Of a stretch of DNA of 64,000 nt, positions 10,048 to 20,348 are shown one piece after another. The notes beneath the pieces were generated by a model. The model worked only from the letters and a program-made list of their open reading frames with translations, was not told the origin of the DNA and did not search any database. Source of the DNA: Tetramitus jugosus (taxonomy: Eukaryota > Protista > Heterolobosea); contig OW569351.1 of assembly GCA_937625935.1 (NCBI GenBank), forward strand, positions 434,001 to 498,000, written 5' to 3'. The stretch's first letter is position 1, and each line of letters begins with the position of its first letter. The position numbers were made by a program, and so were the translations under genes.

Positions 10048-12273
10048 TTACTGGAAAATCGATACAATCTTTTCTTGAAACCGTATGCTGTAGAATTCTG
10101 GCGGTTGCGAACTAATACCATCCTTGTCTTTCCTCAGCACAACATGCTTCCAAATCTTTTCAGCCTTTTTCGACAGATTGAACAATTGCAAGATATCAAT
10201 GATTCCGATGAAATAGATTTCGTGCTCCTCCACGGACCAAAATCCTAAACAACCAGAGAACAATTGCTTTCCAGAAACTGTCGAGGCACGTGGCGTTTTT
10301 CTTGTACACTTGTGAATACCGATCAGTAGCGAATAATCCATAATACTACAACTAGCCAAAAACTTTGAGTCCATTTGCAGTTGCTCTCTGACAAACTCAC
10401 AATTATCACTGCTAATATACAAGGGATCTCTAATATCCATATCCAAACCCAGTTCGGAATCAATCTTTACCTCATCTTCACATTCCGTCTCTACAGTAAT
10501 CGATGTTGATTCATCATCCACCATCTGAATGATATCATTGAATGTGTTGATTTGGTTCGTTTCAGCTTCTTGTTTGTGGGCTGCATTCGACCGGTTGACC
10601 CACGATCCCTTAATATCGAACCGAGAGTGGATTGGTAAGCTCTTCTTTGGTGGGAAGATGTTTGACATAACCAAAAATATCATCTTGAATCCTTGATAGA
10701 GCTTAATGGAGTAGAGTCCGTAGATTCGAGAGATAAAGGTATCGTTATTTCGAGTCATATACTCGAGATAGTTTGGTAAGATGTTCAATAGAACCTTTGC
10801 CTCAGCTTTGCTCACAGATTTGATGATGTATTTCTCATCGACGGTCTTACTGAAGAAGGATCCGGATTTTCCTTCTGAAAACTGATCTGCAAAAGCGTCT
10901 TCAGGCAGTGGATAAGGGAAACTTCGGAGAAGGTTTTGATCTCCATCACAAAAGTGCTCTCGAAGCCTCTTGAACACCTCTGGCGCATAAATGTAGTACC
11001 GGATGGGTTGATCCGCAGTAAACACTCTGACGTACCGGTGTTTCTTGCTGGAATCAGACTCTGGCTTCTGTATGTACAATTTGTCCATTCGGTTGAAATG
11101 AGAAGGCTCGAAAGAAGCCAGATTCTCAATTGACCACAGCTTGGACGATGGTCGCAAGACATAGTTCATGCAGTACATGAGACCCATGACAACATCTCTT
11201 CTCAGTGTAATGTCGATACCACTTCCTGGTGCAATCATCTTTGAAATGAGCGTAGGTGGACTATATGATCCAGTCTTGTCGGCCAACTCGGTTTGAGACT
11301 CCAACTCTCGGTCTTGATTCTTGGCGTCTGAGAAATCATCCGATAGTACCTTGTCCTTGACACCCTGATACTTGACACACTTGAACAAGAGCATCAAAAT
11401 ACCTGGATGCGTCCCATAAACGATAATATCAACCAATGACTGCCCATGTTCAAAATAGCTCTTGGCCTTATTGAAACGATTTCTCTGTTGAGAGAACATT
11501 TTGTACTGTACTTCGGGCAAGAACATTGGAATCAATTGACCAACCAGTGGCACAATCCACAGCATGGTCGTTGCCAACGTATAGATCCAAAAACGAAGAA
11601 CAATTTGCATACGATTGACTTGTGAGCCACGAGAGGTCAATCCCTTTCTCAACGTCTTGGACACATAGATCAAAATGGGAATATTCACCATTGTGCAGAG
11701 CAACATTGGAAACGTCGTAGTCAATCGCATCAAACTGGACTCATCCGATATAAAGCACGTATTCTTGTCTTCCACAAATCGAATCTTTGATGGATCGAGA
11801 ATCGATATGACAGCCATCAACAAACTCGAAAAAAAAATGGCCAAATGATAACTGTACTTTGTGACACTGCTCCTTCGATTAAACGGATTCTTCAACATGA
11901 GCACCAAATCGATACCAATCACAAAATTCCAACCCATTGAACTGCACGACAAAAACACGTAGATAAAGCACCCTACAATGCACGTGGCATGTGGCACACA
12001 AGTCTCCACATCAACAATCTTTGATTGAGTAATGAGAGAGGAATAGAGCAGTAAATACGTGTGAAATGCCAAGTCAGACACACAATTCCAGAACAAGAGT
12101 GTGTTTGGATGTTCACGCAACACTGGAACATAGAGAAAACAGGCACTAATAAACAATTGACCACAAATGCATAATGCTCCGATGATTGTCGGAAAAATTT
12201 TCTCAAATTCCGTGGTGGAAATTTGATTGAAACTGTCGTGGGGGTACGGCGTACACACGAGTGTGGTGAACAT
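10048..12273 (-). CDS. GPCR-PIPK: 7TM receptor fused to phosphatidylinositol-phosphate kinase (RpkA/GK type)
   Basis: Seven N-terminal hydrophobic helices with LREHPNTLLFW; linker ITLRRDVVMGL. PIPK motifs YAPEVFKRLR, SEGKSGSFF, YIIKSV, FDIKGS, IMDYSLLIG and IGIIDILQ. Confidence 0.93.
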   Translation of the reverse strand: MFTTLVCTPYPHDSFNQISTTEFEKIFPTIIGALCICGQLFISACFLYVPVLREHPNTLLFWNCVSDLAFHTYLLLYSSLITQSKIVDVETCVPHATCIVGCFIYVFLSCSSMGWNFVIGIDLVLMLKNPFNRRSSVTKYSYHLAIFFSSLLMAVISILDPSKIRFVEDKNTCFISDESSLMRLTTTFPMLLCTMVNIPILIYVSKTLRKGLTSRGSQVNRMQIVLRFWIYTLATTMLWIVPLVGQLIPMFLPEVQYKMFSQQRNRFNKAKSYFEHGQSLVDIIVYGTHPGILMLLFKCVKYQGVKDKVLSDDFSDAKNQDRELESQTELADKTGSYSPPTLISKMIAPGSGIDITLRRDVVMGLMYCMNYVLRPSSKLWSIENLASFEPSHFNRMDKLYIQKPESDSSKKHRYVRVFTADQPIRYYIYAPEVFKRLREHFCDGDQNLLRSFPYPLPEDAFADQFSEGKSGSFFSKTVDEKYIIKSVSKAEAKVLLNILPNYLEYMTRNNDTFISRIYGLYSIKLYQGFKMIFLVMSNIFPPKKSLPIHSRFDIKGSWVNRSNAAHKQEAETNQINTFNDIIQMVDDESTSITVETECEDEVKIDSELGLDMDIRDPLYISSDNCEFVREQLQMDSKFLASCSIMDYSLLIGIHKCTRKTPRASTVSGKQLFSGCLGFWSVEEHEIYFIGIIDILQLFNLSKKAEKIWKHVVLRKDKDGISSQPPEFYSIRFQEKIVSIFQ

Positions 12274-12529
12274 TAGTGTGTAAACTAGCTTACTTGACGT
12301 TCGTGGTGGTGGTGGTGGTTATGATTCAGGACTGTCCAGTTTGTTTGTTGTTGCTTTTGTTGTTGTTGTGAACTACTGGATGTTTTTTTTGATGGGGGGC
12401 GGAGCAATAAACACTTCCCATGTTTATTTCAACGACAGTGGATATCAACCGTATGAAAGAATGGTGGAGGAGAAAGGGATTGTTGTGTTCAATAACTCGT
12501 TTATTTCAAGCGTACGCTATTAACTCACA

Positions 12530-15500
12530 TTACACAGCACCAGTCTTGCTAGTGTCAGTGATAGGAACAGGGAATGTTGAAGCGGCTCTTAATCCAGTTC
12601 TGTAGGCAATATCGTCGTACGACACTGACAAAAACATGTAGTAGGTGGCAGACGATGATGACAATGTGAGTGGGTTGTTGTAAACGTAAGTGCCTTCGGT
12701 ACTAGCTTGGAAGTACAATAGTGTCCAAGTTGGCACTGCACCAGTTATCGAAGTTCCAGATCTGACGTTGTAATATTGAGGAGAAGCGCCATTAGCATAC
12801 AACTTGTTAGAAGTACGAACAACGTACTTTTCAGTTTGCAAACTCCATAAAGCAAATGATGCGACATTGGTTGTTTGGAAGTTGATCTTAGTACCAAAGT
12901 TATTACAAACAATCTGGAAGAGATTTGATCTGCTCGTGGTTGGATTGAAGGCGTTGCTAGTGTACGATATTTGGGTTCCTTCAGCAGAAACGAACCACTG
13001 GGAGGAACCGGTGGAGATACCAACAATTTGACCACAGTAAGCATTAATATCAGTTCCTTCAGTGAAGGTATCACTTGGCACTGACGTATCAACCAAATCA
13101 CAACTCTGAGATTGAATTGTGGAAACAACAGTGCTGAGTTGATTCCAATCAACTGACAAGGACAAATCCTTATTGTATGACAAATCACGAATTAGGTCCT
13201 TGGCAGATGGGTTGTTCAAGTAAGGTCCAACACCAATGGACATGATTCTCCAGTATCCAAGAGCATTACCTGGTTTCCTGGCGTTGATTCTTCTGGATTC
13301 TGCCAAAACATCACCACAAGGGTTGCACTTCAAAGGACCACTCGAGGTACAATGTTGACAAGTTCTTGCTGGGTATCTAGAACTTACACATAGAGCTTCG
13401 CTCAAATAAGTAGCACCACTAGCACATTGGCTGCAAGAGCAAGGAGTGTTTGGTTCACCATCGAAAATCGTAATAATCATCTTTGGTACGCTCGTTCCTC
13501 TGCTATTTGCACCAGTCAACATTTTCTCAGCACTGAGGACACCACTTCTGATGTTTGTCGCTCCGGCATAGAAAACCAAACCATCAATAGCATTGTTGAC
13601 AGTTGTCTTGGAGGAAGACAATTGCAAAACTTCGAACACACGATTATCAAACAAAACAATACCGACTTGGGTCTGAGTTGGGCCATTACCAATATCGAGA
13701 GGTGCTACAATCTGCTTGATAAAACTCTTCATAAGATCGAAGTTGGTTTGACCAACAGAGCCAGAACAATCAAGCACGAAAACGATGTCAAGTGGTTTAA
13801 CACACTTGCAATTTTGGAATCTGACATCGAAAATGGCATATCCAATCTGTGCAGGATCTTGCACGGAATGGAACTGGTATCTGAAACGTTGTGTTTGGCA
13901 TTCAACAGATTGTTGGCTAAATCTCCATGATCCAGCACTAGGCGATGTTGGGTTCACATTACCACAGAATCCGTTAGCTGGAGGTGTAGCAGCGGAGCAT
14001 CCATCTGCTGGACTGACATAGAATGAATCAAAAGCCAACGTACCACCAAGTGGATCATTATCGTTCAACATAACTTGTAAATCTGTCATTGTGAAGAAGG
14101 TTCCTTCTTTGTGATCAACTGTGATACTTCTGCCAACAGCATTAAGCCCAGAGGTCGAAATTACAACATAGACAGTGCGGATGACACTAGAAGCGTCAGG
14201 ATCAGTGGTAGAAACCTTGATCTGACAACTTGCAGTTGAGTATGTAAAAGGACGAACGAGGGTAATGATACCGGAACTGATAGTGATGGTTTCTGCTCCT
14301 GTACATGTATTCGATACAATATTGAAAGTGAGGGCATCACCATCAGGATCAGAAGCACTAGATGCAGTCAAATAGTTCAATGTGTGGGTTCTAGAATCTC
14401 TTCTGGCCAAAATATTCCATGTGTAGTCATTGGCAGTTGGAGGCTGGCTCGTAACAGTGATTGTTAGCGTGCTACTTCCTGAGGCACCAACTCCATCGGT
14501 GCCAGTAAAAGGCACAGAGTAAGATACTTTAACTCCAGTAGGAGCAACAAACGTGAAGGTACTTCCAGATAGACTCAAACCTGCTGGTAGATTATTGGCA
14601 GAGATGGCAACTGGATCACCATTTGCGTCTGAGCAAACGACAGTGACACTCTTTGTTTGACCCTTTGCAACAATGATTGTTGCTGGTTGACAGACCGGAG
14701 CGCTGTTGGTAAAAGTCACAGTGGCAGTTGCGACATTAGAATTAACAAGACCATCATTGTACACATATTTAACTAGAAGACTAGATGCAAAGTATTCAGC
14801 AATGGTAACATCAACAGCGTTTCCAACACCAGTTTTTTGACCTCCTGAAATGATAGTTAGAGTGAGTGGATCGTTGTTGCTATCAGTGGCTCCCGGCGTC
14901 AGCAATGTAGTTAATGTGTATCTGCTTTGTCCGTAAATTCTGGAGATAGTGATACTCTTGTCAGGAGCGACAGGAGCTGTGTTGGTGAAGGTGAGAGAGA
15001 TGGTTCCTTGAGCCACTGATCGACCATCAGTGATTGAATAGGTAACCGACAGACTACCAGTTGCCTTAACGGCATTACTTGGGGTAAGAGTAATGACGCC
15101 ATTTGACACAGTGTACATTGTCGAACTCAAACCAACCAATGTGCTTTGAACAGTCAAGAAGGCCACATCAGCGTTATCTGCATCAGTCGCGTCTGCCTTA
15201 GCATTAAAAACGTAGGAAGTGCTAGATGACCAATGAGCACTAGATGAGTAGGACTTTGCTACTGGAGCATTATTGTAAACAGTGATAGTTGCTTGTCCCA
15301 CATCCGTCTGGATACCGTCAGAGACAGTGTATGTCAAGATTTCTACTCCTTCAAAGTTGGCAGGAGGGGTATAGTTGATGGTACTTCCAGATGAAGTGAC
15401 TCTTCCGGTGGTAGATCCTTGATTAGAAGTGATGGACACAACTGTAATAGTATCAGGATCGGTTGGAGTTTGAGCCACCACGTATTGAATATTCTTGCTT

Positions 15501-18500
15501 CTCCAGTGAACCGAGTCTGTTACGTCCTTTGCCACTGGTGCTTCGTTGGTAACAGTGACTGTAGCAATCTGTTGAGCGATAGATGCTCCATCAGATACGG
15601 TGTAAGCAAAACTGAAAGTGTTTCCAATCAAGCTAGCAGGAGGTGTACCGGTAATCTTTGCTTGACCACTGACAAGAACTGCGGAACCAGCTGAAGCAGG
15701 GGTAACTGATCCCACAGAGAAGAGAGTTACGGTATCACCGTTGACATCAGTGGCTCCACTGACAACATCAAGAAGTGAACCAGTCTTGTATGAAGCCCAA
15801 TGAACTGAATAAGACTTAGCCAGTGGAACTGGTGCATCGTTCGTTACATTGACGTCAGCCAAAGCAGTGTAAGACTGAACTTGATCAGTGATAGTGTATG
15901 AGAAGCGAATGTCACCTGATCCAACATAGTAGAGTCCATTAACAGGAGATCCTAGCTTGTAGACTACCTTGTTAGCGGAGAGTGAAACTGTACCTGTTCC
16001 AGCAACCATAACAGTGGAACTCAAAGTGATCGGGTCGCCATTGACATCACTCGCGTCAGTCAAAACATCAAATCCACCATACGCGGTGGTTGTTAAATCT
16101 CTCCAATGACGTTGAAGCTTCAAGTTTGGCGCAGTTGGGGCAGTATTAGTGATAGTGATGGTGACAGTAATTGTCTCAGTAGTGATGGTATCAGTGTAGG
16201 AAACTGCAAATTTGATAACGCCGATGGTCTTTGCGGCAGGCGTGTACGTAACGTTTTGTTTGTTGGCTTGGATAACCACATCTCCAGTGTAAGTAGGGCT
16301 AGCCAAAACCTTTGTGATGGATAGATTATTCTTCATGATACCTTCAGTGAGATTTAAGCTGACTCCGCTTTGAATATCTCTCCAATGGAACGTGTAGAAC
16401 TTTTGGGATGCTTGGACGGAAGTATACTTGACAGTGATTGCAATTGTGTTGGTCGAGTTGTCAAGTCCGTCATTGACAATGTAAGTGAAAATATCTGTTC
16501 CAATACAGTTGGCCTTTGGTTGATAATGAATCTTACCGTCAACAATGGTAGCAGTTCCGTTGGCTACTGAAGGTAGAACATCCTTGATGTTCAAGAATGC
16601 AACATCTTCAGAATCTTTGTCAGTGGCCTTGGCAAGCACGTCAATGTCAATACCAGAGTTAATGTATTGAGGATCCAATTCGAATGCAATCGCTGCTGCA
16701 ACAGGTGCATTGTTGTACACGCTAACTGAAATAGCACTGGTGTTAGATGAAGCACCGTCATCCAAAGTGTAACTGAATGAAGCGGATCCCTTCTTCCAAG
16801 ATGAAGTACTCGAGAATCTCAAAGTAGAAGGAGAGCCGGGAACGGTATTCTTCGTAACAACGCCATTGGCGGGATTAGTGTATGACAATGTCAAATCATC
16901 TCCATCCAAGTCCTTCAAAGTACTATAGACAGAAAACTCGGTGTATCCTGCATTTTGGAGAGTTCTCCAGTGGATACTTCTTGAGATTGGAACTGTTGAT
17001 GGTTTGTTAGCATTTGTAACAGTTACAGATACAGTTGCAGCACTGGATGATTGTTGAGCTCCATCAGTGATGCTATAAGGGAATGAACAAGTACCCAATA
17101 CTTCGTTTGCAGGGACTGTAAACTTGATGGTTCCAGCAACAGCATCAACAATTGAGGCACTTCCAACACTTGTAGGAGAGACGGTCAGGGGAGAAGACAC
17201 AAGTTTGATTGGGTCAGAATTGGAATCAACGTCATTGGTGAGAACGTTGAAAGTCAAGCTACCAGTTCTCCAATGCAAGCTGTATACATCATTGTTTGCA
17301 ACAGGACGAGCGTTGGTGACAGAGACCGTTACAGTCCCTTCAGTAACCTTATCCCAATCTGAAACATAGTACTTGAATGTCTCAGTGCCGACAAATGGTT
17401 GATTTGGTACATATCGTACACCTAGTCTTCCACTTGCAAGAACAACAACGGTTGTAACACCATTTTGTGGTTGAGACACAGATTGAACATACAAGCTATC
17501 ACCTTGTGCATCAAAATCATTGGCCAACACATCGATTGTTACACCCTCTGCAATTCTCCAGTGCACTGCGGCAGTATCAGCATTGGCCACTGGAGCAGTA
17601 TTGACGACAGTAATAGTGACAGTCGCAAAGACACTGGTGTCAGTACCATCGGTGACGCTATACGTAAATGAAGCAACACCGACGAATCCATTGGTTGGAG
17701 TATAGAGGAACTTATCTCCAGAGAGAACCAAACTTCCACTGGTAGGTGGAGTGTAGGTAGAAACATGAATAACATCACCATCAGCATCAGAATCATTCAG
17801 AATTGGCTCAATTGAAAGCGATCTGTTCCAGAAGGTAGAGACGGCATCATTTTGAACAACTGGAACAGTGTTCTTAATGTCAACAACGACAGTCGCATTA
17901 GAGGTCAAGCCGAGGTCATCAGAAACAAAATAGGTGAAACTGACCTTACCGATGGTAGTGTCAGCCTTGAATTGAACAGTCTTCTTGTCAGCACTGATAG
18001 TAATGACAGATGCACCGGCATCAGGGCCTGAGACGTTAGTGATTATCATTGGGTCATTGTTTGGTTCAACATCGTTGCTCAAAACATCAATGACAACAGT
18101 CTTCTTCTTGACGACTGTTGCAGTGTCATCATTTGCAATAGGAGCCTCGTTGAAAACGGTAATGGAGACAGTGGCAGTGTCAGTCTTGGCCTTGGATGCT
18201 GTAGTGACAACATCTCTCACAGTATAGGTGAAACTATCATCACCAACATAGGTTGCAGGGGCAGTATATCTCAAAACCTTGCTAGAAATCTTGGTAACCT
18301 TACCTCCCTTTGCGGTGGTGATGGCAGCGTCGAGAACAACTTCTAAATCATCACCATCAGCATCAACATCATTAGTAATGACATCAATGTCAACAAACTT
18401 GTTTCTTCTGCAGGTTGCAGAATCGTCATTGGCAACAGGGGCAGTATTCAAAAGAACAAAGTTGATGAAACCAGTTGTCTCATCATAGGAATCAGTGACT

Positions 18501-19792
18501 CTGAACTGAACAAAGTCATCAACATCACTTCCATGGCTAGGAGTGTAGAAAAGAGTGTAGTAGTGAGTTGGTACTTCGAACCAGGTCTCACCAGCATACA
18601 AAACTTGCTTGGTTTCCTTGCTTTCAACCAACCTGGCAGATCCATGGCTTGGTTGTTGAATGATATCAGCATTCAAGATATCCAACTCATCAACATCAGA
18701 AAACTCGAGAACAACCTTGTTGTCCGCAGTGTTCTTCACAACATTGACAGTCTTGTTCACCGCAACTGGAGCCGTATTGTACACTTCAATCGTTGCAAAT
18801 GATGTGCTGTTCAATGGCTCAAAATCACTAATTTGGTATTCGATACTGTCCAAGTATGGCGCAGTGTCTGAAGAGGCCCAATAGTTGATTAAAGTACGGT
18901 TAGCATTCATCAAGGTGTTACCCTTGGAGAATCCAATATAGGTAATAGTGATCTCATCACCGTTCACATCATAATCATTGGCCAAAAGATCCAACTTGTG
19001 AACCAAATTCTTTCTCAAACGGAAAGAGTCCACCTGTGCCACTGGAGCATCATTTCTCAAATGGAATGTCACAGTGCCGTTACAAGTTGCATTTCTGTCA
19101 GTTACATGGTAAACCAGGGATTCACTGAGACTGAACTGATTGGCAGGAGTATAGTAAATGGTCTTGTTATCAAAGTTGGCTGATCCACTGACCGATGGCT
19201 GATCCACGTTCAACAAGAACAATTCATCATTGTCCACGTCGGAGATGGATCTTCCCTCTTGAGAAACTTCAAACAGCTTGAAGGCATTGTTCTTTGAATT
19301 TCTAGAGATGGAGAATTCAAAATCAGTGCACTCTGGCGCACGATTCATCACAGTCACATTGACATAGCTCTTGGATGACAACTTGTCATTGGAGACAGTG
19401 TATTCAAACAAGTCTTGACCAGAGTAGAGACCGTTGCCACGATAGGTGACAGAAATCAAATCAGTGTTAATGGATACAGTACCATAGGTGGGTTGAGTCA
19501 CCTTGGTAATTCTAAGTTTGGCACCCTTAGGGTCCTTATCATTGTTCAATGGATAAATAGTGAGCGCATCTGGCTTGAAGACAGAGACGGCATCAGGCTT
19601 GGTCACAGGAGGTTGATAACCAACACCTGTGCCAATCAAAATAACAGTAGCTATGGTAGCGGCTATGACTACACTTGTGACGACAATACCAACAATGGTT
19701 TGACCAAATGTGCCGAGCTTGAGCAGGGAGACGTTGGCAGCATTCATACCAACAGTCTGCTGAGTGGACGAAATAATGACATTATCGTCCAT
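12530..19792 (-). CDS. Giant type II membrane adhesin-like protein: ~20 bacterial-type Ig/cadherin-like (Big_9/tandem-95) repeats + vWA domain + C-terminal beta-rich domain
   Basis: Intronless 2420-aa ORF with an N-terminal signal anchor (IVGIVVTSVVIAATIATVILIG). Repeats of ~95-100 aa follow the pattern NxAPVA..D...IDVLxNDxDxxGD...YTP...GxDxFTYTVxD. vWA domain has a complete MIDAS (VLDCSGS, GATNI, IFDGEPN). Confidence 0.9.
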   Translation of the reverse strand: MDDNVIISSTQQTVGMNAANVSLLKLGTFGQTIVGIVVTSVVIAATIATVILIGTGVGYQPPVTKPDAVSVFKPDALTIYPLNNDKDPKGAKLRITKVTQPTYGTVSINTDLISVTYRGNGLYSGQDLFEYTVSNDKLSSKSYVNVTVMNRAPECTDFEFSISRNSKNNAFKLFEVSQEGRSISDVDNDELFLLNVDQPSVSGSANFDNKTIYYTPANQFSLSESLVYHVTDRNATCNGTVTFHLRNDAPVAQVDSFRLRKNLVHKLDLLANDYDVNGDEITITYIGFSKGNTLMNANRTLINYWASSDTAPYLDSIEYQISDFEPLNSTSFATIEVYNTAPVAVNKTVNVVKNTADNKVVLEFSDVDELDILNADIIQQPSHGSARLVESKETKQVLYAGETWFEVPTHYYTLFYTPSHGSDVDDFVQFRVTDSYDETTGFINFVLLNTAPVANDDSATCRRNKFVDIDVITNDVDADGDDLEVVLDAAITTAKGGKVTKISSKVLRYTAPATYVGDDSFTYTVRDVVTTASKAKTDTATVSITVFNEAPIANDDTATVVKKKTVVIDVLSNDVEPNNDPMIITNVSGPDAGASVITISADKKTVQFKADTTIGKVSFTYFVSDDLGLTSNATVVVDIKNTVPVVQNDAVSTFWNRSLSIEPILNDSDADGDVIHVSTYTPPTSGSLVLSGDKFLYTPTNGFVGVASFTYSVTDGTDTSVFATVTITVVNTAPVANADTAAVHWRIAEGVTIDVLANDFDAQGDSLYVQSVSQPQNGVTTVVVLASGRLGVRYVPNQPFVGTETFKYYVSDWDKVTEGTVTVSVTNARPVANNDVYSLHWRTGSLTFNVLTNDVDSNSDPIKLVSSPLTVSPTSVGSASIVDAVAGTIKFTVPANEVLGTCSFPYSITDGAQQSSSAATVSVTVTNANKPSTVPISRSIHWRTLQNAGYTEFSVYSTLKDLDGDDLTLSYTNPANGVVTKNTVPGSPSTLRFSSTSSWKKGSASFSYTLDDGASSNTSAISVSVYNNAPVAAAIAFELDPQYINSGIDIDVLAKATDKDSEDVAFLNIKDVLPSVANGTATIVDGKIHYQPKANCIGTDIFTYIVNDGLDNSTNTIAITVKYTSVQASQKFYTFHWRDIQSGVSLNLTEGIMKNNLSITKVLASPTYTGDVVIQANKQNVTYTPAAKTIGVIKFAVSYTDTITTETITVTITITNTAPTAPNLKLQRHWRDLTTTAYGGFDVLTDASDVNGDPITLSSTVMVAGTGTVSLSANKVVYKLGSPVNGLYYVGSGDIRFSYTITDQVQSYTALADVNVTNDAPVPLAKSYSVHWASYKTGSLLDVVSGATDVNGDTVTLFSVGSVTPASAGSAVLVSGQAKITGTPPASLIGNTFSFAYTVSDGASIAQQIATVTVTNEAPVAKDVTDSVHWRSKNIQYVVAQTPTDPDTITVVSITSNQGSTTGRVTSSGSTINYTPPANFEGVEILTYTVSDGIQTDVGQATITVYNNAPVAKSYSSSAHWSSSTSYVFNAKADATDADNADVAFLTVQSTLVGLSSTMYTVSNGVITLTPSNAVKATGSLSVTYSITDGRSVAQGTISLTFTNTAPVAPDKSITISRIYGQSRYTLTTLLTPGATDSNNDPLTLTIISGGQKTGVGNAVDVTIAEYFASSLLVKYVYNDGLVNSNVATATVTFTNSAPVCQPATIIVAKGQTKSVTVVCSDANGDPVAISANNLPAGLSLSGSTFTFVAPTGVKVSYSVPFTGTDGVGASGSSTLTITVTSQPPTANDYTWNILARRDSRTHTLNYLTASSASDPDGDALTFNIVSNTCTGAETITISSGIITLVRPFTYSTASCQIKVSTTDPDASSVIRTVYVVISTSGLNAVGRSITVDHKEGTFFTMTDLQVMLNDNDPLGGTLAFDSFYVSPADGCSAATPPANGFCGNVNPTSPSAGSWRFSQQSVECQTQRFRYQFHSVQDPAQIGYAIFDVRFQNCKCVKPLDIVFVLDCSGSVGQTNFDLMKSFIKQIVAPLDIGNGPTQTQVGIVLFDNRVFEVLQLSSSKTTVNNAIDGLVFYAGATNIRSGVLSAEKMLTGANSRGTSVPKMIITIFDGEPNTPCSCSQCASGATYLSEALCVSSRYPARTCQHCTSSGPLKCNPCGDVLAESRRINARKPGNALGYWRIMSIGVGPYLNNPSAKDLIRDLSYNKDLSLSVDWNQLSTVVSTIQSQSCDLVDTSVPSDTFTEGTDINAYCGQIVGISTGSSQWFVSAEGTQISYTSNAFNPTTSRSNLFQIVCNNFGTKINFQTTNVASFALWSLQTEKYVVRTSNKLYANGASPQYYNVRSGTSITGAVPTWTLLYFQASTEGTYVYNNPLTLSSSSATYYMFLSVSYDDIAYRTGLRAASTFPVPITDTSKTGAV

Positions 19793-20348
19793 TTTGGCTT
19801 AAAATACAAAATATGATAGTAATATATAAGAGAGAGCTTTCTTCTTAAGGGTGGTGTGCCAGTAGTGTGTGTGTTTATGTTGTAGAGAGAAGAGGAGGTG
19901 CAAATAAAAATTAACGTGTTGCCTTTGATTATAACGTCGACTCCCTTAGACGGGTGTGGGAGGAGACGAGGCGCGGATCCTGGTTGAGTATGTGTCATCA
20001 TGTGCACAGTAGGGTCTCCTTGGGGAAAATTGGTGAAGTTTCAGGTGGACCGTCTGATTTTGACAGCGCGAGAGACACTTGATAGAGAGAATCTCGCTTT
20101 GGCGGTCTTATCCAGATTTTTTTAAGTGACGTGTGATTGTTTGGAACTTTCTCCTCGCGCTTCTTTGAGGGACGTGCATTTTGCACCCAAATGGAGAATG
20201 ATATGTGATTCTGACTAGTTTGATGCATTCCTGTTAAAGTATGAAGGATGAAGTATTGTAGGTGTGATGGGGAAGTTAATTGGGAAAAGGACTATTAAGA
20301 AGGTTGTATATTTACACGTGGTTGGATAAAAGAACGATCAATAACCAC

